Assembly: GCA_020723065.1 (NCBI GenBank)
Contig: DYJP01000006.1
Span: 1-50,961 of the forward strand
Direction: 5' to 3'
Length of the DNA: 50,961 nt
Source of the DNA: Candidatus Micrarchaeum sp.
GTDB taxonomy: Archaea; Micrarchaeota; Micrarchaeia; CABMEP01
Positions 1-8,941 of this stretch are shown here, one piece after another. Within the stretch, counting starts at the first letter, position 1. Each line of letters begins with the position of its first letter. The position numbers were made by a program, and so were the translations under genes. The notes beneath the pieces were generated by a model that saw nothing but the letters and a program-made list of their open reading frames with translations, was not told where the DNA came from and did not search any database.

Positions 1-3000
1 CACGGGGATCTTTCTTCAGATATATTGTCCAGCATGCGAGAATATGCTGACGAAGGCGCAATGTCGATGCTGATTCCTTCGTTTAACAATGTTACGGTTA
101 CAATCAGCTCTGCGGTTTTCACCCCGCCGGAGTCGTCAATACCTGCGGGAAGCACGATTACTATAACGAACAAGGACGTAATAAGCCATACTGTTAATAT
201 AACTAAGAATACTAGCGGGATTATAAGTATGAACTTCAGTTCGCTTTTGCCATTAGACTCGTATCAAACCTCTAATACACCTAAAAACACTACATTCTAC
301 CTACACGACCAGGAATCAAATCTCAACGGCAACATTACAATCGTTGCTTACGATGCCAATATAGGGGTTTCTTCCACACCGGTCTCCCCCCAGATGGGGA
401 TGGTGGCTGTCGGTGGGCCGGTTAAGTTTAACAATTACGACGCCACCTCCGTATTTAACATAGACATTTCATTGACGACTACAATTGGAGAGAAGAAAAG
501 CTATTCGTTGTCCGTTCCAAAATACACTTCCGGGCTTCCGGGCCAGGCAGTATGGATACCTGACTCTGCCGGCGATGCAACATATGTAGTTAAAAATTCA
601 TCAAATATAATCGGTTCCGGCAACATAACTGTAAGGAATTCTATAATCAATGTTTCGATGACTGGCGGAAAATTCGAATTCGACTCTCTTGCGATTGATC
701 ATGAAAGCCAGGTCTGCTTCCTTTCCGATTCAGTCAGGACGATTTCAATAACCAATCTAGATACAACCCAAAAGATAGCTTCAGTAAAGCTTATTCCGTC
801 TGGGTCATCGGTTTCCGGAGAAGAGATTTGCAACAAGGTATATAACTGCACCACCAAACCGGCGGTTTCTTCGGAAGTTCAGTGCGGCGGAATAATAAAT
901 GAATCAGACGATTTGACCCATTGCTACTACAACATGATCAATCCTTCGCAGGTATGCAAGGTAAACACTACCTGGGCCTGCGTAGTAAATCCGACATATG
1001 CTTCCGATCTTGAATGTGCCAGCGATTACACAATAGATACTAATCCGTCTCTGGCCGGTATTCAGCCGCAGTGCTGGTTCAAGGCAAATCCAACGGGCAC
1101 TGCCTGCATGGGCGCTTCAGTAATTAAAGACGAGGCTCTTGGCTCCATAATTAATTGTTCGGTATCTACCCTTGGCGAGCTGCAATTCGGCTATTTTGCC
1201 GGAATGGAGAAAACCAGTTCTACTAATCCGTTGTGCACGGTCACTAAAATCGGTTCGTCCATCAATTGCGTGCCAACCAACACATATTCGGATATCGGAT
1301 GTACCAATGGAAGCGCAGGCGATGCCTATTGCTATTATACCCCGTCTCCATTAACTTCGGCTGAATCAGCAAATCCATATACCACGATTAACAATCGCTT
1401 CTGTAATGTTGGAATAAGTCAAAAGACTCAAATCTCATACAACAAATACCTCTGTAATCTTGGCTGGTGCTCCGCTGGCTCGTGCTGCACCTGTCCCACT
1501 TCGCAGATGTGCGGGGATCTGCCGTGCGACGGCAACCTAACACTTGGAGCGATCAGGTATTATTTTCGGCCTTGGTCTTCTTTGGGCTGTATCGAGACAT
1601 GTTCTGGCACTTCAGTTGTGCGGACTTGCGGACACAGATACGAACAATTTCGTCGCTATCAGTATAATTACTCTTACCCTGGTTTTGCTCCATTGGTTAT
1701 AGTTCCTTCCAGCCCGAGCACTTCCTGGAAAGTTTGCAAATGCTATCAAAAGGTATCATCTATTGTCAACTACGTATCTTCATGTAGCGTCAAAACTGGG
1801 GGAAGCGGTATCACTCCTTTCCCATCTAGTTGCGTTTTAGCTAATGAAAACTGCAGGTATTCTTCGCCATCCCAATATCTGTGTAGCAACGAATCCAGCT
1901 GCCCATGCCAGTTTGGTTGCGGAAAGAAAGTGAAGTATTCTGCGCTTGGCAATATAAATTGTGCCATTTTGAACGATCAATGCACGGTGATATCCAATTA
2001 TAATCAGGATGATGGAAAATACTGTCAGTATTCGTCTACCGAAGCTTGTGTTCCACAAACCGGATACGCAGACAAGGTCATGTGTGGCTACAATGGAACT
2101 GTATGTTCTATCTCTAAATCAAACGACATCGTGGATGACGGTACAAAATGCGACATCCAATTGGCATTATGTGAATCAAAATACAAAGGGGTGGACTGTA
2201 GTTATGATGCCTCATCAAATACTTGCAAGGCATTCGGAAATGAAACGTACTGCTTTACGCCCGCATCCACATATATTGTTGAAGACATAGGTAGCGGAGA
2301 CACTCTAGTTGTAGAAGGATATGACAGGTATACTCCGTTGGAGATAGATATTCAGAAATCGGAATTAACCCCTTCATCAGTGACTACTTCTCCGCTTAGC
2401 GACGTGTGCTTCGTAAGTTTGGACGGCAAGCAGCATGTGCTGACTATGCCAAGTCAGATAAATGAAGGAAATGATTTAGTCGTTAATGGGACAGCGAAAT
2501 GCCTGCAGTTCCCGTACAATACAGAGCCCTGGATTGTGAGACTTAAGGACAATCCCAATGCTGGAGCGGAGATCTCTTCTATTAAAGAGGACGTTGAAAT
2601 CATAGTCAAATCCCAACTGTTTAATCCATCTGACATCATTCTAAGACCAGGAACAACATTAACATTTGCCAACAAGGACAATATTGAGCATACATTGTTA
2701 AAGAGTTCGACATCTCTTAACGGGGCAGATATAAAATCAAGTAATGAACAATTGACATTCAGCAATATATTTACTTTGGAAGGAAAAACATCATGGATTG
2801 ACGATACAATCTGCAGAAATGATTCTGATTGCCCAAAAGGTTCATTCTGTGACCTAGGGAACAAGTGCCATCCATTAAAGTACTGCCTCACTCAAAATGA
2901 CTGTCCTATCTCTTCTGTCTGTTATAACAATATCTGTATCCTATCAAAATCATGCGGTAACGATTCAGATTGCAAGTTAGGTGATATGTGTTCTGATGGT

Positions 3001-5235
3001 AGATGTATCGCTGGTACATCCATCTGCAACACAGATGGAGATTGTCCATTAGATTCTTTATGCATGTCAGGAAATTGTACAAGATTTAAGAGTTGCTCTA
3101 ATTCTACAGACTGTCCTAGTGGAACTATATGTTTTGATGGCTTTTGTGCAGCAAATATGCAATGTTCAAATAATAGTGATTGTCCAATAAATTCAGCATG
3201 TATTAGTAACATATGCAGCGTCCCATTTGTTCCTGAATGTAATAATAACACAGAATGTCCAAACAGTTTGTCTTGTGTTCAAGTTGATGAAACAGAAGAT
3301 GGAACTCCAATCAATGCATGCGTTGGTTCAAGCTGTGATGCAAATTCTATCTGCACCAATTTATATCCAAATAAAAACATATCGTGCATGTTAAATTATA
3401 GATCCGGTGAAAGCAATTGTACATTATATGATCCATCAGTAGATTTATGCAGTAATGATAATGATTGTTTATCGGGAGCATGTATTGATGGAAAGTGTGT
3501 TATGGCAAAGAGTTGTTCATTCGATACAGACTGTCCATTGATTAATGGAATTCCAATGGCTTGTATGGGGGGTTATTGCAAGATACCTTTGAATTGCACA
3601 ACAACATCAGATTGCCCAATCAATTCTCTCTGTAACGGTGGGTATTGCAGAGCATTAGCAGAAAAATCATGCACATCTGATGAAGAGTGTGAACTTGGAG
3701 ACGTATGTTTTAACTTCAAATGCGTTTCTAAACAAAATTGTAGCTCTACAACAGATTGTAATTCGATTCAATCTGGTTCTGCATGCACAAATGAATCATC
3801 AACAACTGAGGCATTCTGCAAATCATCATTAAATTGCACTTCTGATGCTTATTGTCCAGCATTTAATCAATGCAGTTATGGCCAATGTATAAGCTATCCA
3901 AAAACAACATGTGGGTATCCTATGTATGGTACAAATGTTTCACAATTTAACTTTACTTTCAATCTTCCAGAATCAACATTCAAGATTTACATTAAATATT
4001 CATTTAATGACAATGGAAGAGTAGTTCTTAATGGCCAGGATATTGTTCCAACAACAAGAAACAGGTGCCAATATGAAACAACTGAGCTTGATAACTGGTC
4101 CGCTATAGATACATTAAGGATTCCTTTAAGTTTAATAAAGACAGGCTCAGGAGCGAACGAAGCTAACCATATGTCAATAACTGTATGCAGCTGCTCTGGC
4201 GAGAAAGGAGTGAACGCAAGTCTGTATTATCAATATGTTGATCCAGCAGGGATTTCACAAACAGATAAGATAATTTTAGAACCATCTTCAACTAAACAAA
4301 TTTCAGTTGATTCTTCGCCTATCCCACAGGAATTTGCATATATTGACGAAGATACTTTAAATGCATTGCCCGTTTCAATCAAGGAATGTTCGGGTTCTGA
4401 TCTACGTTCCATTGCATTTAGAATAAAAAGCTATGAAAGATTGGATTACGCATCTCCCGATTGCGATTCTGGAAAGCTGGAAGAATGCAAGTATTACAAT
4501 CCATACGGCCCCGCCACAGTTGCCTTTATTTCGACAGAATCTGGATTGAACCTTACCAATAGTGCGGAGCTGGCTTGTGCATTAGATCAGGCGCTAACAG
4601 TAGATACCATTTGTTCTAATTGCACCATAGTTTTGGATGTTGGCAGCGTCAATATCACAGAGCTGAACAGCATACTACGGGAGGCGAACATAACAGGCAA
4701 GCTGGACAATATAGACGTGATAGGCTATGATGTGTTCATCAACGACTATCCGACCTGCGATTTCGAGGAAATAATGAACTCTGTTGTCAACCAGTCCAAG
4801 CTCGCCCTCTACAACTACAGTAAGCCTTCCATACTGATGAGATTCGGGTTCAAGAGCGGAAATTCAGTCAATACAGCTTGCAATTGGACGGATGAATCCA
4901 TAGTTAATGCATACACCGACTTCTATGGGTTGTGGATCCCGATTCTTGCTGGCTCCGGAGTGTTGGGAACGGCCCAGTATTGCCTGACCGACCCCTGCCC
5001 ATCACTGGACTTTTACGGCTTGCTGACCGAAGGAAAGACAAACAAGGCATTCACTGACGCATGGTTCAAGGAAGGATGTGGACGGTATTACTATAATGCA
5101 GAAGGACTGTCATTCACCACATTTTCCATGAAGGAGACCAACTACTCGATGTGCGATCCTTCAAGGATGCTAGCTCTGCTCCAGACTGCCCAGTGCGCAG
5201 TGGGTAAGTATACCCTTAAATCAGGAACCGGCTGA
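1..5235 (+). CDS. Giant Cys-rich surface/secreted protein, 5'-truncated by the window: cupredoxin-like repeats, two Cys-rich arrays, C-terminal glycoside-hydrolase-like TIM-barrel segment
   Basis: Frame is open from base 1 to TGA at 5235. Contains repeats FTPPESSIPAGSTITITNKDVISHTV and FNPSDIILRPGTTLTFANKDNIEHTL, 14 C-x5-C...C...C repeats, and C-terminal IDVIGYD..KPSILMRFG..GVLG..FYGLL motifs. Confidence 0.75.
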   Translation, partial: HGDLSSDILSSMREYADEGAMSMLIPSFNNVTVTISSAVFTPPESSIPAGSTITITNKDVISHTVNITKNTSGIISMNFSSLLPLDSYQTSNTPKNTTFYLHDQESNLNGNITIVAYDANIGVSSTPVSPQMGMVAVGGPVKFNNYDATSVFNIDISLTTTIGEKKSYSLSVPKYTSGLPGQAVWIPDSAGDATYVVKNSSNIIGSGNITVRNSIINVSMTGGKFEFDSLAIDHESQVCFLSDSVRTISITNLDTTQKIASVKLIPSGSSVSGEEICNKVYNCTTKPAVSSEVQCGGIINESDDLTHCYYNMINPSQVCKVNTTWACVVNPTYASDLECASDYTIDTNPSLAGIQPQCWFKANPTGTACMGASVIKDEALGSIINCSVSTLGELQFGYFAGMEKTSSTNPLCTVTKIGSSINCVPTNTYSDIGCTNGSAGDAYCYYTPSPLTSAESANPYTTINNRFCNVGISQKTQISYNKYLCNLGWCSAGSCCTCPTSQMCGDLPCDGNLTLGAIRYYFRPWSSLGCIETCSGTSVVRTCGHRYEQFRRYQYNYSYPGFAPLVIVPSSPSTSWKVCKCYQKVSSIVNYVSSCSVKTGGSGITPFPSSCVLANENCRYSSPSQYLCSNESSCPCQFGCGKKVKYSALGNINCAILNDQCTVISNYNQDDGKYCQYSSTEACVPQTGYADKVMCGYNGTVCSISKSNDIVDDGTKCDIQLALCESKYKGVDCSYDASSNTCKAFGNETYCFTPASTYIVEDIGSGDTLVVEGYDRYTPLEIDIQKSELTPSSVTTSPLSDVCFVSLDGKQHVLTMPSQINEGNDLVVNGTAKCLQFPYNTEPWIVRLKDNPNAGAEISSIKEDVEIIVKSQLFNPSDIILRPGTTLTFANKDNIEHTLLKSSTSLNGADIKSSNEQLTFSNIFTLEGKTSWIDDTICRNDSDCPKGSFCDLGNKCHPLKYCLTQNDCPISSVCYNNICILSKSCGNDSDCKLGDMCSDGRCIAGTSICNTDGDCPLDSLCMSGNCTRFKSCSNSTDCPSGTICFDGFCAANMQCSNNSDCPINSACISNICSVPFVPECNNNTECPNSLSCVQVDETEDGTPINACVGSSCDANSICTNLYPNKNISCMLNYRSGESNCTLYDPSVDLCSNDNDCLSGACIDGKCVMAKSCSFDTDCPLINGIPMACMGGYCKIPLNCTTTSDCPINSLCNGGYCRALAEKSCTSDEECELGDVCFNFKCVSKQNCSSTTDCNSIQSGSACTNESSTTEAFCKSSLNCTSDAYCPAFNQCSYGQCISYPKTTCGYPMYGTNVSQFNFTFNLPESTFKIYIKYSFNDNGRVVLNGQDIVPTTRNRCQYETTELDNWSAIDTLRIPLSLIKTGSGANEANHMSITVCSCSGEKGVNASLYYQYVDPAGISQTDKIILEPSSTKQISVDSSPIPQEFAYIDEDTLNALPVSIKECSGSDLRSIAFRIKSYERLDYASPDCDSGKLEECKYYNPYGPATVAFISTESGLNLTNSAELACALDQALTVDTICSNCTIVLDVGSVNITELNSILREANITGKLDNIDVIGYDVFINDYPTCDFEEIMNSVVNQSKLALYNYSKPSILMRFGFKSGNSVNTACNWTDESIVNAYTDFYGLWIPILAGSGVLGTAQYCLTDPCPSLDFYGLLTEGKTNKAFTDAWFKEGCGRYYYNAEGLSFTTFSMKETNYSMCDPSRMLALLQTAQCAVGKYTLKSGTG
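2812..3891 (+). repeat. Array of 14 four-cysteine protein repeats (CxxDxDCP-type) within the giant ORF
   Basis: From CRNDSDCPKGSFCDLGNKC to CTSDAYCPAFNQCSYGQC, counted in the translation; diverged at DNA level. Confidence 0.85.
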
Positions 5236-5275
5236 TTAGACAAATATTTATATTAATCTTTTTTGTTATTTTAAC

Positions 5276-6127
5276 ATGTCAAATAGAAGTTATCGCAAAA
5301 TTATTGGTGCGGAGTTCAAAAAACAGAGCGAGATTTTTTCCAGCATCAAAACCGTAAGCTCCATACGCGATTTCAGCACAAGGGAAAGGTTTACTCATCT
5401 GACCATAGACATCCTTGAAGAGGCTGGATTTCGCGGCAAGCCTGATTCGCGTAATGCTGAAGAGTGGGAAAGGATCGCTTCTGCATATTATCTGCCTCTT
5501 TCACTTGAATATCATCTGATTAATTTTGGCGGGTATTCGATTTACGCATTAAGGGGGCTCAAATCCATAACTGGATACAAGTCCAAGGAAGGGTTCGGAG
5601 TGAACCTTGCAGTGGATCTTGCCAATTTTTCAAAGGATTCAAGGGAGCTCAGGGCCAAGTTAAGGGGAAAAGTCCTGGATTTCGGGTGCTCTGTGGGCTG
5701 GGTGTCCAAATTGCTCAGCAATCAGTTCGGTTCTGATTCATATGGAGTAGATATAGATGAGAAGGCGATAGACATTGGCAGGTTCTTCGAGGCAGGTAAG
5801 TTGTATACATCAGTAAAAATAAAAGACAATTATATTATTCCAATTCAAGACAATAAGTTTGATCTTGTTATATCCAAAGCAGCGCTTTTTGAGGCGCCTT
5901 CAAGTGGACTTGCCTCCTTTGTAGGTGAACAATTAATAGAGTTCAGGAAGACGATGGATGAAATTTATAGGGTCATAGACAAAGATGGAGTGCTTTTGAT
6001 CGAAACAGACATGAGTTTGGACATGATGTTTCCGCTTATGAACAGATATGCGTTCTACTACCTTAATACATTTCATTCCAGTTTTTCCAACAAGGAGTGG
6101 AAGCTTTTTCAAAAATACGAAGAGTAA
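5276..6127 (+). CDS. Class I SAM-dependent methyltransferase
   Basis: Motif I VLDFGCSVG, acidic GVDID, FDLVIS, EIYRVIDKDGVLLI. Confidence 0.8.
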   Translation: MSNRSYRKIIGAEFKKQSEIFSSIKTVSSIRDFSTRERFTHLTIDILEEAGFRGKPDSRNAEEWERIASAYYLPLSLEYHLINFGGYSIYALRGLKSITGYKSKEGFGVNLAVDLANFSKDSRELRAKLRGKVLDFGCSVGWVSKLLSNQFGSDSYGVDIDEKAIDIGRFFEAGKLYTSVKIKDNYIIPIQDNKFDLVISKAALFEAPSSGLASFVGEQLIEFRKTMDEIYRVIDKDGVLLIETDMSLDMMFPLMNRYAFYYLNTFHSSFSNKEWKLFQKYEE

Positions 6128-6139
6128 TCTTTTTTAATC

Positions 6140-7525
6140 TTATTGGTATTCAAAAGAATATAGCCTCAGTCTTGAGGAATTTGATTGCGCTATCTGGGTT
6201 ATCTTTATTCCTGCTATTTCTCCGAATTGGTCGGAGTAAAGGACCTTGAAGATGTTCTTCTCGCTGTCTGATCTCGGTAGTATGTACCTTTCAAAAGTAG
6301 GGCTTGTCGAGTTCAGGGCAAGAAGCCTGAATACGGATTCGTCCACTCCGTTTATTATCGCCTGGTTGCTAAGTAGGTTGCCATTGCCATCCACAGTCAA
6401 TATCATTGTATCGCCCTTTGCACTATAGAATATTTGGTAATAGTTTCCGCTCTGCTGTTGCGTTCCTGCGTATGCGAAGGTTTCAAGGGTTGCAGTGGTT
6501 CCCGCGATCTTTGCATATTCCTTGGCATTGTCCAGCACCAAAGTATCCAGAAGAAGGTAGTCGAATTTCGGTGTTTTGTTTGTGAAAATGAATATGAATG
6601 CGTCTGCGGAAGTCACTTCTCTTCCTGCTTCGACATAGGCTATGTCTGTTATGTTCTCCTTGTAGTAAGACGCCACTGCGACAGTTCCTTTGAGACTGTT
6701 AAGCTGATTGAGCATTCCTATTGTTTCGGAATCGACCCTCTGCATTGCTAAAATCTGTGACATTCCGTTCTCTACTGAGATCATTATCAGGGTTATAGTC
6801 AAGAGGTAAAGGAGGGTGTGCTTGTTTTCGAATGAAAGTATGACTATTGCTATGACCATTCCTATCAGAAGGGATAAGATAAAAGTCGCAATTGTCGGTT
6901 TTATTATTATGAGGGATATTGTGGCTGCAATGAGCCATCCCGCAAGAGCGCTTGTTATCCCTTTGTCCTTTATGTGATTTATCTTGGATATTCCGTCTGC
7001 GGTGAGCAGGAATAAGAAAGGAAGCGCCAGCAAAGGTATGAAGAAGGAAGCGATAATCGCAGCCATTCCAGTAAGAACGTAATTCATTTTGCCTTTCGCA
7101 AAAAGAAGATAAACTGAAATCAATGAAAGCGGAATAAGTGGGAGGGTTTTCCATATATTTTCAAAAGAGAATTCAGGTATCACTGCGGATCCGAAAATCG
7201 AATAGACCAAGTCGGAGACTCCTCCCTGCATGAAATTGTTTATGAATGCAGACGAGGATATCATCAGCAGGGACGCCACAAGAGCTGAAAATTCAGATTG
7301 CTTAAACATTGTTCTTGATAAAAGATACATTCCGAATGTGAATAAAAGACCGATAGTCACCGAGATAATTCCAAGATTGGCAATATTCGTTCCATTTTCT
7401 TTTAATACTGTTAGTTTTCCGTATGCTTGAAGAACTGTGCCAGGCAAAAGTGTAAGCAGGAAATATGCTGATAGAGTTACTATAATTAGATATATTATGT
7501 CAGTTTTGTTTAGGTTAGTTTGCAT
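6140..7525 (-). CDS. Multi-pass membrane protein with soluble C-terminal domain; possible degenerate STT3/AglB (GT-C) paralogue
   Basis: Multiple hydrophobic segments followed by a soluble domain with FDYLLLD...AKIAG, resembling the AglB C-terminal core; WWDYG motif absent; ATG at 7525 chosen as start. Confidence 0.5.
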   Translation of the reverse strand: MQTNLNKTDIIYLIIVTLSAYFLLTLLPGTVLQAYGKLTVLKENGTNIANLGIISVTIGLLFTFGMYLLSRTMFKQSEFSALVASLLMISSSAFINNFMQGGVSDLVYSIFGSAVIPEFSFENIWKTLPLIPLSLISVYLLFAKGKMNYVLTGMAAIIASFFIPLLALPFLFLLTADGISKINHIKDKGITSALAGWLIAATISLIIIKPTIATFILSLLIGMVIAIVILSFENKHTLLYLLTITLIMISVENGMSQILAMQRVDSETIGMLNQLNSLKGTVAVASYYKENITDIAYVEAGREVTSADAFIFIFTNKTPKFDYLLLDTLVLDNAKEYAKIAGTTATLETFAYAGTQQQSGNYYQIFYSAKGDTMILTVDGNGNLLSNQAIINGVDESVFRLLALNSTSPTFERYILPRSDSEKNIFKVLYSDQFGEIAGIKITQIAQSNSSRLRLYSFEYQ

Positions 7526-7584
7526 TCGACCATCATTTGCGCTTTTCAACTAATAATTGTTCGATGCTAAAGAATGAGTATAAA

Positions 7585-7701
7585 TGTCAGCAGCAATGAG
7601 CCTTCCCCCCTGCAAAGGGAGTACCAACAGCATCGTGAACCGGCTTAGCTTCGAAGTTCGGAATGGGTTTCGGCGTTTCCCGGTTCCTATGGCCGCTGAC
7701 A
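7585..7701 (-). rRNA. rrf: 5S rRNA (stand-alone)
   Basis: Minus strand reads TGTCAGCGGCCATAGG..CCCATTCCGAAC..GAAGCTAAG..GTACT..GGGAA..GCTGCTGACA with paired termini; 117 nt; TTTAAATA box upstream. Confidence 0.95.
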
Positions 7702-7875
7702 ACATTATATAACGAGTAATATATTTAAACCTTTCTTAATCTTTATCATTTGCCCCTGTTCTGAATTGTAATTGTCAAATTCCTATAATTGTTTTCAGGA
7801 TGTTAAAATCTGCTAATGCAAAGGGTTAAAATTGTTTTTTGAGAAGGAGAATCATACGATTTACAAGGTGGGCAT

Positions 7876-8691
7876 ATCTCTAAGATTATAAAATTTGGAA
7901 AGGATCTGGCGATAATAATTCCGGAAAATTTTGCGAAGAAGTTGGACTTAAGGCCAGATACTCCAATTCGCATTTATGAAATCACAGCCGGCACAATTGC
8001 GATAGAAAAAGTAAAACCCGCCCCACTCTCAGAGCGAGAAATCTCGCTTTTGCAGAAGCTGCTCCAGATAAAATTCGAAGACAGAATTCCTGAAAAGGTG
8101 GATTCCACCCTTTCCGCTTCCGAAAAGAAGATAGTTCTGGACCTTGTGAAGCGGCACTTACTTACTATATATTATGGTGGAAAGTATACCAAGAGTGGAG
8201 TTTATAACGTTCCGAATCTTGTATATAGGCAGATAATTGAGAGGACAAAAAATGAAATGGGAGCCAAGTCAGTTCAAGAAATAAAAATTGAAATACCAAA
8301 ACAGATGGAAAAGCAGTTCAAGAAGGAAATTAAGGAAGAGAAAAGAGAGGAGACTGATCCGTTGAAGCTTTTAAACAAGGAAGGATATATCGTTCTTCAG
8401 TCTGAAATAGAGGCAAGGGATTTATCGGACTTGCTTTTAGATAAGATCAAGAAGAACCAGGTGAGCGGTATCAGAGGATTCGATAAGAAATATTACATAG
8501 TCAAAAATTCCTTTGTCTTAAAATACCAGTCGAAGGTGAAGGCTGCGCTCAAGGAAAGCTCTAAGTCCGCAGATAAAATTGCAGAAATACTCGATATAAA
8601 GCCTGAAGGCGCAGTGGCATTGCTTACGATTCTAAGGGAAGAAGGAGATTTGATAGAAAAAAGAAAAGGAACGTTCGCACTTGCTGACTGA
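7876..8691 (+). CDS. AbrB/MazE-like swapped-hairpin domain fused to probable winged-helix domains; apparent non-canonical ATC start
   Basis: In-frame extension upstream of the TTG at 7942 reads SKIIKFGKDLAIIIPENFAKKLDLRPDTPIRI (AbrB pattern); AGGTG SD at 7866-7870; C-terminal SADKIAEILDIKPEGAVALLTILREEGDL is wHTH-like. Confidence 0.6.
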   Translation: MSKIIKFGKDLAIIIPENFAKKLDLRPDTPIRIYEITAGTIAIEKVKPAPLSEREISLLQKLLQIKFEDRIPEKVDSTLSASEKKIVLDLVKRHLLTIYYGGKYTKSGVYNVPNLVYRQIIERTKNEMGAKSVQEIKIEIPKQMEKQFKKEIKEEKREETDPLKLLNKEGYIVLQSEIEARDLSDLLLDKIKKNQVSGIRGFDKKYYIVKNSFVLKYQSKVKAALKESSKSADKIAEILDIKPEGAVALLTILREEGDLIEKRKGTFALAD

Positions 8692-8694
8692 TTC

Positions 8695-8865
8695 TTAGAT
8701 GCTTCCAGTGGTAACGTATCTGATTATTAGTATCCCTATTACGAATATTGCTGTTACAGCTATTATGAAGCCTGGCTTTATTTTGAGTCCACCGCCTTCT
8801 GCATCGTAGAATCTGAAAATTCCTGCCGATCCAGCTGGTGTGGATATTGTCTGTTTTTCTGCCAT
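8695..8865 (-). CDS. secG: Preprotein translocase subunit Sec61beta/SecG
   Basis: PAGSAGIFRFYD..GLKIKP followed by one TM helix; 56 aa from ATG 8865. Confidence 0.9.
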   Translation of the reverse strand: MAEKQTISTPAGSAGIFRFYDAEGGGLKIKPGFIIAVTAIFVIGILIIRYVTTGSI

Positions 8866-8879
8866 GATAATATATACCC

Positions 8880-8929
8880 AGTCAAATTTATTAACCCATC
8901 TATTAGTCAAATTTATTAACCCATCTATT
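8880..8929. repeat. Perfect 25-bp tandem duplication in the secG/cdc6 divergent promoter region
   Basis: AGTCAAATTTATTAACCCATCTATT at 8880-8904 and 8905-8929. Confidence 0.95.
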
Positions 8930-8941
8930 TAATTTTTTAAT

